Origin: Eledone cirrhosa
Taxonomy: Eukaryota
Direction of reading: 5' to 3'
DNA length: 64,000 nt
NCBI GenBank assembly: GCA_964016885.1
Contig: OZ024740.1
Coordinates: 292,020,001-292,084,000, forward strand
Below the pieces are notes generated by a model. That model searched no databases, was not told where the DNA came from, and was given only the letters and a program-made list of their open reading frames with translations. The translations under genes and the position numbers were made by a program. The stretch's first letter is position 1. The number at the start of each line of letters is the position of its first letter. Of the stretch, positions 25,787-37,924 are shown piece by piece.

Positions 25787-25944
25787 GTGTTGCTTGGGGT
25801 TGCCAGTGGACTTGGGATGAAGCTGGTGTATTCACAGAGACATGTTATTGTGTTCAAGATGGCTGTAATGCTGCTCCATTTGGTGTAGTAATCAACTACA
25901 TGTTATTACTACTAGCTCTGTTGTTTGTGATTTTCACTATTTAG
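25787..25944 (+). CDS. Terminal exon of Ly6/uPAR three-finger GPI-anchored protein (boudin-like)
   Basis: TTTTCTTTTGTTTAG acceptor; encodes (G)VAWGCQWTWDEAGVFTETCYCVQDGCNAAPFGVVINYMLLLLALLFVIFTI*; CxCxxDxCN motif plus hydrophobic GPI-signal-like tail. Confidence 0.88.
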
Positions 25945-26239
25945 TTATCTATTGAATGAAATTGGTCCTTCTTCAGTTAGGTGCTCATATATCCTTCAAG
26001 GACATATCTATAAAGTCACCAGAAATTAATTGTATTTTCATATTTTAAAGGAAGAATTTTTTATAGAATTACCATGATTATATTTTCATAATTCATCATA
26101 TTTCCATTTTATTTTTAAATTAAAAAATTCATCATTTTATTTTTCTGCACATATTAAAATAAAATAGGCTAATTGCTGTGTAAATATTATATTATAACAT
26201 GGAATATTTACCATTTCCCAATTATTTACATACATCATG

Positions 26240-26567
26240 TGGAGGCACATGGCTTAATGGTTAGAGTATTGGCCTTGCAATCGAAAGGTTGTGAGTTCAA
26301 TTCTCAGACTGGGTGATGTGTTGTTTCCTTGAGCAAGACACTTTATTTCACATTGCTCCAGTTTACTGTAGAAATGAGATGATAGGGACTGGGGTCCCTA
26401 TCATTCCACTGCAAAGTGGTCGTGAAGGTGCCACGGCAAAAAAGCACCCAGCACTCACTGTAAATGAGGTTGGTGTTAGGAAGGGCATCCAGCTGGAGAA
26501 ATCAAGCCAGAATCAGTTCCCGTCCCACCCTTGCAAGCAGGGAAACGCGGACGTAAAATGATGATGA
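26240..26567 (+). mobile_element. tRNA-derived SINE (same family as 12782)
   Basis: Near-identical head, CORE-like middle and RTE-type tail. Confidence 0.9.
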
Positions 26568-28209
26568 TCATGCTTTATTTGTAGCAATTTCATTTTTTGA
26601 TTTTAATATTAAAATATGAAATTGTGGTGTTTTTAAAACCTTAAACGTCCATCATTGTATATCTCCACATGTATTAAAGACTAATTTTATATTAAATAAG
26701 GACAAATGAAAAAAATGTTGGCATGGTTATCATTGTATTGCTTAAGAAATTAACACTAAGAAATTTAGAAATAACAGTGTTGACATTTGACAAACCTCTG
26801 TGACCTTTCTTATATTATTACTGAGCTTTGTAAAATATCTTAAAGAGCAATTAATACAAATTAAATCCAAAGAACTTTCTTCTTTTAGTACTTGTAGATG
26901 TTTCTATATAACTGGTCCTCCATTAAGATGTCTCCTGTGAGGTCAATGTGTTGGATTGGTGACCATACAGTTATAAACTAAAATCTGAAGTATTTTTCTG
27001 TTGTGCAACACAGCTCTTGCATCAGTTTCTATGGCTTGCAATAGGTTCTATTCTTATATAATACTCTTCATGGCTGTATATTAGGATCTACTCCAACTTT
27101 ATAGTTTTTGTGGTACTTCAATAGATTCTTCTCCAACTTCAGACTCTTCATTGCTTCCAGTCTTCTTGGCTTATAATAGGTTTTATTCATATTCTATTAC
27201 TTTAGTTATAGGAAGGGGTCCAGCCAAATAAAATTGTTCCAACAATATGTAAGTGTCCAAATTTACCAGAAATTATCTTACCCAACTATTTTTGTATAAA
27301 GATTTAATTTCCTCTTATTTTCAAATTTGTCTCTACCATATCTGATTTTATATCTTCCTCTACTATTTTTTGAGGTTTCTATAAAATGTTTTGAATTCTC
27401 TCCTATATTATTTTTCGTCATTTAACAATATTTTTTGTTCACTTACAAACTAGCTAGCTTAATTTGACTCTATTTGATATCTTATTGGATCCTTTTCTTT
27501 TTATCACTGATGAAATATCTATCTCCAAAATGTTTCTATCATCACCCCCTTGTAGCTCATTCTCTCTCTCTCATACAGACAAACCTTAATGACAGATGTG
27601 TGACTAACTTTCTGAACAATTAAGAAAGTACCTCAAAATATTGATATGTTTTTATCTCTGGATAGAAGTTTATTATTGTGCTTTCCATACCATTTTTAGT
27701 TTAACTCTTAACATCCTATACCACCTGACACTACATTAGCCAGACACTTTTGGAAAGTATGAAATAGAATTAGGTCTGAATCCCATTAAAGTCTTCATTA
27801 TTCTAATTCTGTAAATTTTCCCAACAATCTTTCCACTAGTAAAGGTATTATAAATATTTGAATTAATTAGAGAGATTTTCTGCTAAATCACTTCAGAGAG
27901 TAGGAGAGTCATCCAGCAATATATAAAATCTTGTACAAATTTTAAACCAAAATTACCCTGTAAATAATATCTAAGATTTGAAATAATGTTAAGCAGTGTT
28001 ACTACTAGTAAGGGTATTGGACATATGATCATAATGTTATGGGTTTGATTCCTGGACAGTGGTGTTGTGTTCTTGAGAAAAACACTTCATTTTACGTTGC
28101 TAGCTTCATTCACTTTAGCTAGCTATTAGTTACTATCACATAGGAAGAAGTACAGTTTACTGCTGTAACCAATGGAAGCACTGTGTAATAGACAAGTCTT
28201 CTTGTCAGA

Positions 28210-28560
28210 TGACATATACACAATAGTTAGAGAAGCAGGTTGAGACCAGCAAACCAGATCAAGGCATCATTTGCAGCATTATAGGTTGCCTCAAGGCTGC
28301 CGGAAAAACGTTTGAGCAGGAAATCCCAAACAACATGCAGCATTGTCGGGTCAGGGTCCCCACAGTCACATGCTGGGCTGTCTTTTATTTTCTATTGATG
28401 GAGATGGGCTGTCCTGGACACACCCATTGCTTTCTCGGAAGGTCAAAGCTGGCTGGTTTAGATGTGGGGTCCTGGATGAGGTCTTGGTTGGCAAATTTGG
28501 TGTCATTCCATGATCTTTGCCGCTCTTCCTTTAGATCAAAGTTATCAATGAATAATGGGA
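28210..28560 (-). mobile_element. 3' fragment of a non-LTR retrotransposon (RTEX/Ingi-like C-terminus)
   Basis: QDPTSKPASFDLPRKQWV followed by degenerate DSPACDCGDPDPTMLHVVW zinc-knuckle. Confidence 0.55.
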
Positions 28561-28844
28561 AAGTTACTAGACCCCCCCCCCCCCCCCCCCCCCCCCCCTC
28601 CACTATAAAAATACTTACAATGGAGACAAATCATTTCAAAGAGATTTTTTTTTTATTTTTTATTTTTTTTTTTTTTTATTATTTGTTATTTTGAATAAAT
28701 TTCTTGTAGAAATAATTCTCTTATTTAAATAATATAAATTACTTTTGCCTTCTCTGTACTTTTATGTAGCAGCAGCCTGGCGAAATGGTTAAGAAATTTG
28801 GTTTTTATCTTATTTTGTGGTGCCATGGGCTATTTACCAAAGCT

Positions 28845-28983
28845 TTGGGCCTACCCATACCTTGGGTCTACCCATATCTTGGGTCTACCCATATCTTGGG
28901 TCTACCCATACCTTGGGTCTACCCATACCTTGGGCCTACTCATACCTTGGGCCTACTCATACCTTGGGCCTACCCATGCCTTG
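28845..28983. repeat. 17-bp minisatellite, about 8 copies
   Basis: Unit CTTGGGYCTACYCATAY. Confidence 0.9.
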
Positions 28984-29617
28984 TGAATGAAATTGATTAA
29001 ATATAAACTGTTTGGAAGCTCATCAGATAAACTGGAGCTATAATTCTGAGGATTAACCCTGTCACATACTGTGTCATGCTGAATCTCCCTGATAATTACA
29101 TTAAAAGTACACATGTTAGTGGAATGTTCAACCATTTACATGTTAATTTCAAGAGTACGCTGTTCTGTTAATAAAACAACTGGAAAACTTAGCTGTAAAA
29201 CCGATGAAAGTCCATTCTATTCAGTCTTTTAGATTAAATACAGTTGTATTTAGTTCTGTGTTGTTTGTTTATTTATGTTCGGAATTATATTCTGCCAGGG
29301 CCAGCCTTATCTCTAATCCTTTAGACTTGTGCTAGATTCATTAAAACCTCTATAAATTTGCGACCCTCTGCCAGTATAGGAAATCAATATTTGATGCTTT
29401 TAATTAATACATATCTATATTATATATATTGGATATAAAGGTTGTATAGAGAATGTTTTTGAATTGTTTATATATTTCAATACCTACTTCTCAAATTTAT
29501 ATATTATTAGAAGCTAACATTTTTTTATTATAATGTCTTGAAGTTTATGCTATTGTGAACCTCCATAAAGATTGCAGGGGCTTGAAACTTGAATCATGAG
29601 GAAAAAAAAAAAAAAAA

Positions 29618-29693
<76 letters not shown>

Positions 29694-31770
29694 AGCCAAA
29701 ATACAGTTCCATTTGAGCAAGGTTTGGCACGGCCAGTTGGTCTTGCATGCCCCATAACGTGGATGACCCATGCAAGCATGGTAAACAAGTTGTTAAATGG
29801 TGATGATGATGATATATATATATACACTCACACTTGTCTACTTAAGGCATAATCAAAGTTTTGCTTTAACTTGTTACAATATACTTTTTAAATGTTTCAA
29901 GACTAATTGTAAAAATTCAGTTGTTTTTCAAATTTATTTCTACTACTTCCCCACAAGATGTTTTTGTGCTGATTCACCCTTCAAATTTCTACTTGTTCTT
30001 TATGGGGATCAAATTAAAAATGTTTTAAAATCTTTCCCTTATATTTGTTAAATTTGATTTTTATACAACAATGACAACTAATTTGTCTTTCAAACTGCTG
30101 TATTATGATATTTATACAGCCACATTTATTATGCTTCAGTGTGCTTTCTAATCTTTCTTGTGTGTGTTTAGTTTCACTAAAAATATTACAGTACGTACAC
30201 TATATTATATTAGCATCCATTATGAAGTGAATAAAAGAGTTGAATGTAAAAATAACTCTTCATTATTAAGCTGTTGTTCCTAATATAACTTAAGTTTCTT
30301 ACAAAAAATTATGTTTTAATATGAGCAGCTTTTTATCATAGAACTCGTGTTGACATTTTTGTTTCTCTGCTTTTGTGACATGACAAGTCTATTATAATTT
30401 TTTGTAACTTTTGTGAACTTCCAACCAAAATTCTGTGATCAATTTTTCTTCTCTTGTAAAATGACTTTAATGATATATGGATTTTTATCTTACAGGATAC
30501 TGATAAAAAATTGTTTGGCCTTTCGAACCCCCCCCCCCCCCCCCCTTACTTTTCAATAAGTACTCTTGGGTTTCAAATTAGATTTTTTCCCAACGTCCTG
30601 CTCTTATTCCAACCCACACTCTGCTTATTAAATTTTGCTAATCTATCCCTGGGGAAATTTTATTTTAAGTGGTAGCATTTCTGCGACATTTTCTTTAGAC
30701 ATTAAAAAAACATTATACATGACAAAAAAAATATATTACTAGAAATCCCATACGTTATAAAATAAATAGGATGGGTTGGGGGTCTCAGTATGTAAACCAA
30801 ATGACTAATTCTGTTTTTTTTTTTTTAATCAAGGGAGACAACCCAGAAAAATTATTTATTTATTTATTTATTTTTTTTTTTTTCCCCCCACCCCTCAGAG
30901 TATGAATAAGTGTTTCTGTGAAACAGATTTTAGTATTCTATTAAAAATCTGAGTTTTGGTTTATTTTCTTTGTTCTGATGTTATATAGGAATTCAGATGA
31001 ACATTTTGCCTTGTGCTGCTTTATGAAGCATTTCTTTCATAACCATGAAATATATTTTCAAATTTTGATATGTTGTCATTTTCATTGAAATGGAAAAATT
31101 GCTTTTGTGTTCCATTATATATCTTGCATTATTTCGTTATAAACACATATATACAATTTGTTTGAACTTTTATCAAATATAACTCAAATAATCAAATTTA
31201 GAATTGTTTTTATAAAAATATTATTAATATATCTAACATTGACATAAATTTCTAAAAACACAAATTATTAGATGTAACTATAGGATATAGAGTATTTTTA
31301 CTTGTTGGTAACTTCTCTCCTATCTTATAATGTCTATCTAATAATATTCTTCTATGAGAAAATCTGACTTTCAGTCTTCAAAAAAACATATGGTTCTAAT
31401 TTCTTTGTTGTTATTACTAGTAATAACTGGTAGCAAGCTAGATTTTGATATTGTTATTATTTTTGGTTAAAAATAACTGTAAATACTTGAAAAAATATAA
31501 TTTTAAAATAATTAGTTGAATGTAAAATTTGTATTGTATTTTCTCTTCTCTTTTTATAACCAATATGAATTATATTCAAAGTGCCTTCTATGAAATCATG
31601 TAAGCTCCTGGCTTCACACTTAGAGCCACCATGTATCAAGACATATCAATGTATTATAGAAACATTTAACTTTTATTTTATCTTGTTTTTGTATTTAACA
31701 TTTTTTCTTCAATAAATCCTATAATAAATGAATGTATTTTCATTCTATTGTTTCATCTAAATTATTTTAA

Positions 31771-31960
31771 CTCTTTAGTATTTACATTACTCTATATTTA
31801 CTAATATATTTTCATAATTATCTCACATAATATCGAATCTGAGATTTTGATATTATTTATTTTGAGAAAAATACCTTAACATCAGTATGGTTACAGCTAA
31901 TTCGAAGAGAGAGAGGGGAGAGAAATCTGGCTGTATACGGCTGGTTTAAATGCTAAAGGG
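31771..31960. mobile_element. piggyBac-type MITE
   Basis: TTAA|CTCTTTAGTATTTA...TAAATGCTAAAGGG|TTAA. Confidence 0.75.
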
Positions 31961-32069
31961 TTAAACATAAAGAAAGTGGCTAACTTAAGAAGCATTGGAA
32001 AAATTTGAAATATGTGTGTTCCAATACAAATTACCATGATAATAGTTGATCGCTATAAATAGAATGAGT

Positions 32070-32390
32070 AAGGGTAAAGACCTTCCTTTGTTAATAAATG
32101 ACCATGGGATTTGCATCTAGAAAGTTTCCATTCTGAGGCCTAAGTCTGGGTAAGGTGTTTTTGTGGAAAACCAACAGTTGTTATGCATACCAGTCTCCTC
32201 TCTTTACGCCATTGATTTTGTCCAAGGGAAAGGGTATGGCCCAAAAATCTTGGTACCAGTGATGTTGCAACCCATTTCTACAGCTGAGTGAACTGGAGCA
32301 ATGCTCAAGGACACAACGCATCACCTGGTATGGGAATTGAACTCTCAATTGCGAATCCAATGCTCTAACCACTAAGCAATGCACCTTCAC
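32070..32390 (-). mobile_element. Diverged SINE (subfamily of 25105)
   Basis: Shares CCATGGGATTTGCATCTAGAAAG and the tRNA-like head. Confidence 0.7.
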
Positions 32391-32566
32391 TATGAATAAT
32401 AGTTGAGAAAATCAAGTTAAGTACTCGTGGGGATGAAAAAAAAGTGGACAAGGATATTGCAAGGAAATGACCCCCCCCCCCTCCTTATATATGCCGGGCA
32501 CGTGTGTTGACCACTCTGCTAAAGAGTCAATGATGCCATCTTAGATGCACACATTTCATACTTTAA

Positions 32567-32777
32567 CCCTTTAGCATTTACATTACTTTATATTTACGAT
32601 CATATTTTCACGGTAAAGGCTTTACTTCACATAATTATCTCACATAATATCGAATCTATGAGATTTTGATATTATTCATTTTGAGAACCATACCTTAACA
32701 TCAGTATGAGTGGCCAGTAACAGCCGGTTTGAACAGAAAGAGGTGAAAGAATTCTGGCCAGTTTAAATGCTAAAGGG
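32567..32777. mobile_element. piggyBac-type MITE
   Basis: TTAA|CCCTTTAGCATTTA...TAAATGCTAAAGGG|TTAA, intact TTAA duplication. Confidence 0.85.
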
Positions 32778-33070
32778 TTAAACAGGTTTCATACTCTGGT
32801 TTGTTTGTGTTTATCTTTTTCTACAACTATAAAGTAAATATACAGTTCTTGCTTTGATATGATCACAAATCCATATGGGGGTATATTGGAAATTTCCAAC
32901 CGTTATATCCATCTTTAAAATTCTTGCAGACTTTTAATGATGAATGATGTTCTTTAGAATGGTTGTTGTGTATTACTTCCACATATTTCTTTGAATCCAG
33001 CTGTAGAAAACTTTCCAGACAGAGGGTCGGGAGGACACTCCAGTCATGTCAGGAGCATGATGACCTCTCC

Positions 33071-33550
33071 AGTGTTGGTGATTTACATGATAAACACACC
33101 CAGTACACACTGTAAAGTGGTTGGTGGTAGGAAGGGCATCCAGCTGTGCTATAGACATGACAACCTCCCTAGTGTTGGTGATTTACATGATAAACACACC
33201 CAGTACACACTGTAAAGTGGTTGGTGGTAGGAAGGGCATCCAGCTGTGCTATAGACATGACAACCTCCCTAGTGTTGGTGATTTACATGATAAACACACC
33301 CAGTACACACTGTAAAGTGGTTGGTGGTAGGAAGGGCATCCAGCTGTGCTATAGACATGACAACCTCCCTAGTGTTGGTGATTTACATGATAAACACACC
33401 CAGTACACACTGTAAAGTGGTTGGTGGTAGGAAGGGCATCCAGCTGTGCTATAGACATGACAACCTCCCCAGTGTTGGTGATCTACATTATAAAAGAACC
33501 CAGTACATACTGTAAAGTGGTTGGTGATAGTAAGGGTATCCAGCTGTAGA
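33071..33550 (+). repeat. 100-bp tandem repeat (about 4.8 copies) derived from the RTE/SINE 3' tail
   Basis: Units start at 33071, 33171, 33271, 33371 and 33471; each contains GTTGGTGGTAGGAAGGGCATCC-like sequence; ends in a (TGA)n tail near 33760. Confidence 0.9.
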
Positions 33551-33930
33551 AATCATGCCAAACAAAGGGTTGGGAGGACCCTCAGTTATGTCAAAAGCAT
33601 GACAACCTCTCCTGAGCACTTGGTGGAATGTGAAACTGTACATAAGCACACAGGTCCCTGGCCTGCCTGTGAGATTAGTGGTTCAGTACTGACTTGGTCT
33701 ATATAGACCCGTCCAACCCTTGCTAGCAGGGAAAGTGGTCATTAAAACAACAATGATGATGATGAAAAAAAAAATAATTGAAAGTCCAGAAATATTTGTA
33801 CACAAACATCCTATCTAATTGCCAATAATATTCCCCAGTCACTATTACCAAGTAAACACAGGAAAGCTTAAAAACAATGGTGCAAATAGTATATTAGAAA
33901 TGTACTCTTAGATACGCTATGTATGAACGG

Positions 33931-33965
<35 letters not shown>

Positions 33966-34286
33966 TGGCATGACGACAAGACTGTCCTGAAGTTAGTAGA
34001 CTATAAAATACAGGTAGAATTTCGGTGAGTCTTTATGTAGATAGTTGTTCAACAAATACATTGCCTGGCAATTAATCTAAAGAAAATATTTGGATAGTCT
34101 CTCATTTACATCCTGTTTACCATAATCCATTCTTCTGCATATTAATTAAAAAAATCTCCACTTACTGATAATATAAGAATTAATCTGTTGAATCTCTATT
34201 GTGAAATATTCTTAATCTTCCTCTATAATTTTCTAAATAATTTTGGTCTTATGGCATTGAAGTAATAATTAATAATAGAATAGAAT

Positions 34287-34330
<44 letters not shown>

Positions 34331-35099
34331 GCTTGAATAAATTATAAAAGCTATTCATTATTTTCCAATATTTACAAATTAATTTCCCTTTTGATTGTTA
34401 GTCATAGCAGCCAAATCTCCCCTCAATCATATCTTACTGTCTTAAAGAATAAAATGCAGTCCTATATATGTTCCATTTGGGCATGGGTTCTGAAGCTCAT
34501 AAGACCAACCTCTTTTTATAGCATACTGGGTAGATTTTATTGTGATACCAGCACTACCACTTTACAGCATGGACTGGGTGGTTTTTATAATGGCACCAGC
34601 TCTAGGAAGATTGTTGGTCATTGATTCAACTGAAAAGCGTTCTCTAACAAATGGAGGGGTGAGGAGGATGCCTTTTCCCAGGGCAGCTGTATTTATGGAG
34701 TGACAGCAGGCATTAGAAGAGTGGTAAGTATGAAATTATGGGTGTATAACAGTAGATAGGTGGGGAATAAGGAAGCATGGCAGGTAGGATGTTGTGTATG
34801 ACAAGTGTGATGGGATTTGGCAGGGTGAAGTGAGGGAGACAATGGCTGTGGTGTACAGCGAAGGAGATAAGAGGTGAGAGAGATCACAAGTGAGTGTACA
34901 GTGACAGAGAATAGTCACTAAAGAGCTATGACATGTGGTGGGATTTAACAGGGTAAGAGGGTAAGGTACAGTGATGATGAGTAGTTACATAAAAGCAATG
35001 ATGTGGGGGATATGGTATGATGGGTCATGACAGGCTATGTTACATCTACATAAGATGATGTGTTAGATTGGGTGGGGGTAGCTAATACTATAGCAGAAA

Positions 35100-35590
35100 T
35101 GGACGGCATCTTGTTTAAAGAGGTGGGACTTCTCCAGTACTGCATGTCATCAGTCATCGTGATTACCCCTGTTGTGAGGTTGACATACACTATGTCATCT
35201 CATGTCTTTCTAGGTTCACCTCTGACATTTCTCTGTATTTCATACAGCTGTTATCTTCTTTACACACCAGCACTGTCTTTTTTTTCTTACCATTACATTG
35301 AATTCCTCGTATTCTGAGATCTTCTCTCAGCTTACTTACGCTACACCATTCATGCACACTAACATTACACAACCATCAGAGCATAATTCATTTTTTTTAG
35401 CCTTCACATGTTTTTTAGTTCAGGTCCACATCTCACTGCCATGCAAGCATCGTGTAGTCTCTGAGAGAAAAGAATTTTATTATCGGCATAGGTACTAGTT
35501 CCCTAAACTTCTTCCAGCTTGTTCTAATTCTTGTTACTACTCTCTCTGAGCATATTCTTCCAATTCAAACAACTTCGAGGGTACCCCCCC
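35100..35590 (-). mobile_element. Old RTE 3' fragment
   Basis: MCNVSVHEW...LRIRGIQC resembles the RTE C-terminus. Confidence 0.6.
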
Positions 35591-35629
35591 CCCCAATCGA
35601 AAGTACACCAATGGAATAAGGGTATGCCT

Positions 35630-36830
35630 TTCTTTTTCTTCTTCTTCTTTTTCTTCTTGCTCGGGGTCTACTCTTGGGTCGCCTGCCAGTTGGTTTTACC
35701 TGTAAAATCTGTCCAGTGATTCTTTCCTGAGACATTCTAACTACATGCCCATAGTATCGGAGCTGTGATCTCTTAATTCAGAGAAGTAGTGGCTCTACCT
35801 GGAGTGACTCTCTGATCTATGAGCTACACACTCTATTGTGTAACGTTACCCTAAAGACCCTTTGGAGGAACCTTATTTTGGCCGCTTGTATTTGCGATCG
35901 TATTCTTTTGGTTAGTACCCAAGGTTCATGACCATAAGTAAGAGTTGGCATAAATACTGAATTGAAGATAGCGAGTTTGGCTTTTACAGCTACCTCCTTT
36001 CTTCTGATTAATGAATGCTGAAGCTGGCGCATTACTTCACCAGTTCTTGAAATTCTTGCACTTAATTCAGCCTCCTGCCTTCCATCACTCGTGAACACAT
36101 CCCCGAGATACTTGAACTTCTCTACCTTCTTCAGTGGAACTCCATTCACATGTAGAATGCAGTGTGCAGTCTTGTTTGAGAGGACAAGTGTCTCAGTTTT
36201 AGCAGCCCTGATTTTCATTCCAGCACTCAAACCTATCAAGTGCAAGTCGAAGATCATCACCTGTCAAGTTAAGTAACACCACATCGTCTGCAAATTCCAG
36301 TTGACTGATTTTACACCTGCTAGTCGTGATATCACTTATAACCCGGCTGAACATGTCAATCCTGTTCATGAAAATAATGAACAGGAGAGATGACAGTATG
36401 AACCCTTGGCAGATTCTGACTCCCACATTGAATGGTTTTGATTTAACACTATTTATCTGGACACAAATACTTGGGCATTCATATAGAGACATCAGGGCAG
36501 CAAGAATTTGACCATTGATCCCATACTCCTGCATAACCTTCCACGGCAGGTCCCGAAGAATGTGATTATATGCCTTTTCGAGGTCTAACACAAGAATATA
36601 CTTCTTGGCGATTTTACCACAATTTCTCGACCTGTCGCAGGTGTGAATATTTGGTCAGCTGTGCTGCATCAGGGGCAAAAACCGTACTGTTCATCAGTTA
36701 GCTTGGACTCAACAATCTTCTTGCATCTTTTGTGAGACCCTTACCATAGACTTTACCGGGGAGGCTTAACAAGGAGATCCCTCTGTAATTGGAACAATCT
36801 CTCTTGTATCCCTTTTTGAAAATTGGGTAT
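35630..36830 (-). mobile_element. RTE-clade LINE, different family lacking the PHD-like insert
   Basis: DLEKAYN, QGFILSSLLFIIFM, FADDVVL, KTETL...VEKFKYLG, PTLTYGHEPW; (GAA)n tail. Confidence 0.85.
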
Positions 36831-37295
36831 GCCCAGAAAGGTTTATTGATAATCATTTTATAACATCAACGAAGAAGAAAATCATTCTGGGTATGTCAAC
36901 CAACCCGACTACTTTTTCTAGCAAGTTTAGAGACAACTGCAAGGGGTTCTCTCTGCGCTGTCAGCGATGCTCATATTTTGCAGCCAATGTCTCCATGGAT
37001 TCGAACGCTAGTGTACACACACACACACACATACACATCATAGACAAAACTGCAAAGGCATTTCTGTGGAAAAGGATCAGTGACACCTGTTGCAATAGCC
37101 ACCCAACCTTGCGGAGCTCCTTCCTCAGACAGGCTGCTGAAGTTCTGATTTTGCAGAGGAGCTTGGATTAAAGAAAAAGTAATCTTTAAATATACTTCAG
37201 TGTATTTTCACCTTCACTTTTTAACTATATATATATGAAAATAAAATTAGAATTTGATTTTTCGCTCCAGCTTAACATATTATATAAATGTATAT

Positions 37296-37643
37296 GGAGG
37301 CACATGGCTTAATGGTTAGAGCATTGGCCTTGCAATCAAAAGGTTGTGAGTTCAATTCTCAGACCGGGTGATGTGTTGTTTCCTTGAGCAAGACACTTTA
37401 TTTCACATTGCTCCAGTTTACTCAGCTGTAGAAATGAGATGATAGGGACTGGGGTCCCTATCATTCCACTGCAAAGTGGTCGTGGAGGTGCCACGGCAAA
37501 AAAGCACCCAGCACTCACTGTAAATGAGGTTGGTGTTAGGAAGGGCATCCAGCTGTAGAAATCAAGCCAGAATCAGTTCCCGTCCCACCCTTGCAAGCAG
37601 GGAAAAGTGGACGTAAAATGAGATGATGATGATGATGATGATG
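37296..37643 (+). mobile_element. tRNA-derived SINE (same family as 12782)
   Basis: Full head, CORE-like middle, RTE-type tail, (GAT)n. Confidence 0.9.
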
Positions 37644-37924
37644 AAGTATAGGTTATATCGAATAATAATAATAATGATAATATTCAATTTGTTTGCAAAC
37701 AAATAGCATTACTACACTATGTTGTGTTTCGATGACTATCGTCATCCATTTGTTCAACAGTAGCATCGAGGAACAATCACCATGCTTCTGGTTTCATTTT
37801 ACATTATATACATGTCTGTGTATATTTTAATTATTCAAAAATTATTTTTAAGTGAACATGATTTTTAAAAAAATATTCTTAAGTGAACGTGACCCAATGT
37901 GTCACGGGTGGTCGACTATATATA

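Noticed and set aside
33071-33550. Regular 100-bp periodicity as CRISPR or repeated small genes
   Set aside because: Units are identical throughout and derive from a retroposon tail.
37100-37135. Minus-strand CTGAGGA-A-GGAGCTCC-GCAA
   Set aside because: GAAA is mutated and helices I and III are unconvincing.
37708-37765. Minus-strand hammerhead-like remnant (CTGTTGA...GATGAC/GTCATC-GAAA-CAC...GTG-TA)
   Set aside because: Core mismatch, extra unpaired bases and poor helix I; at most a decayed copy.
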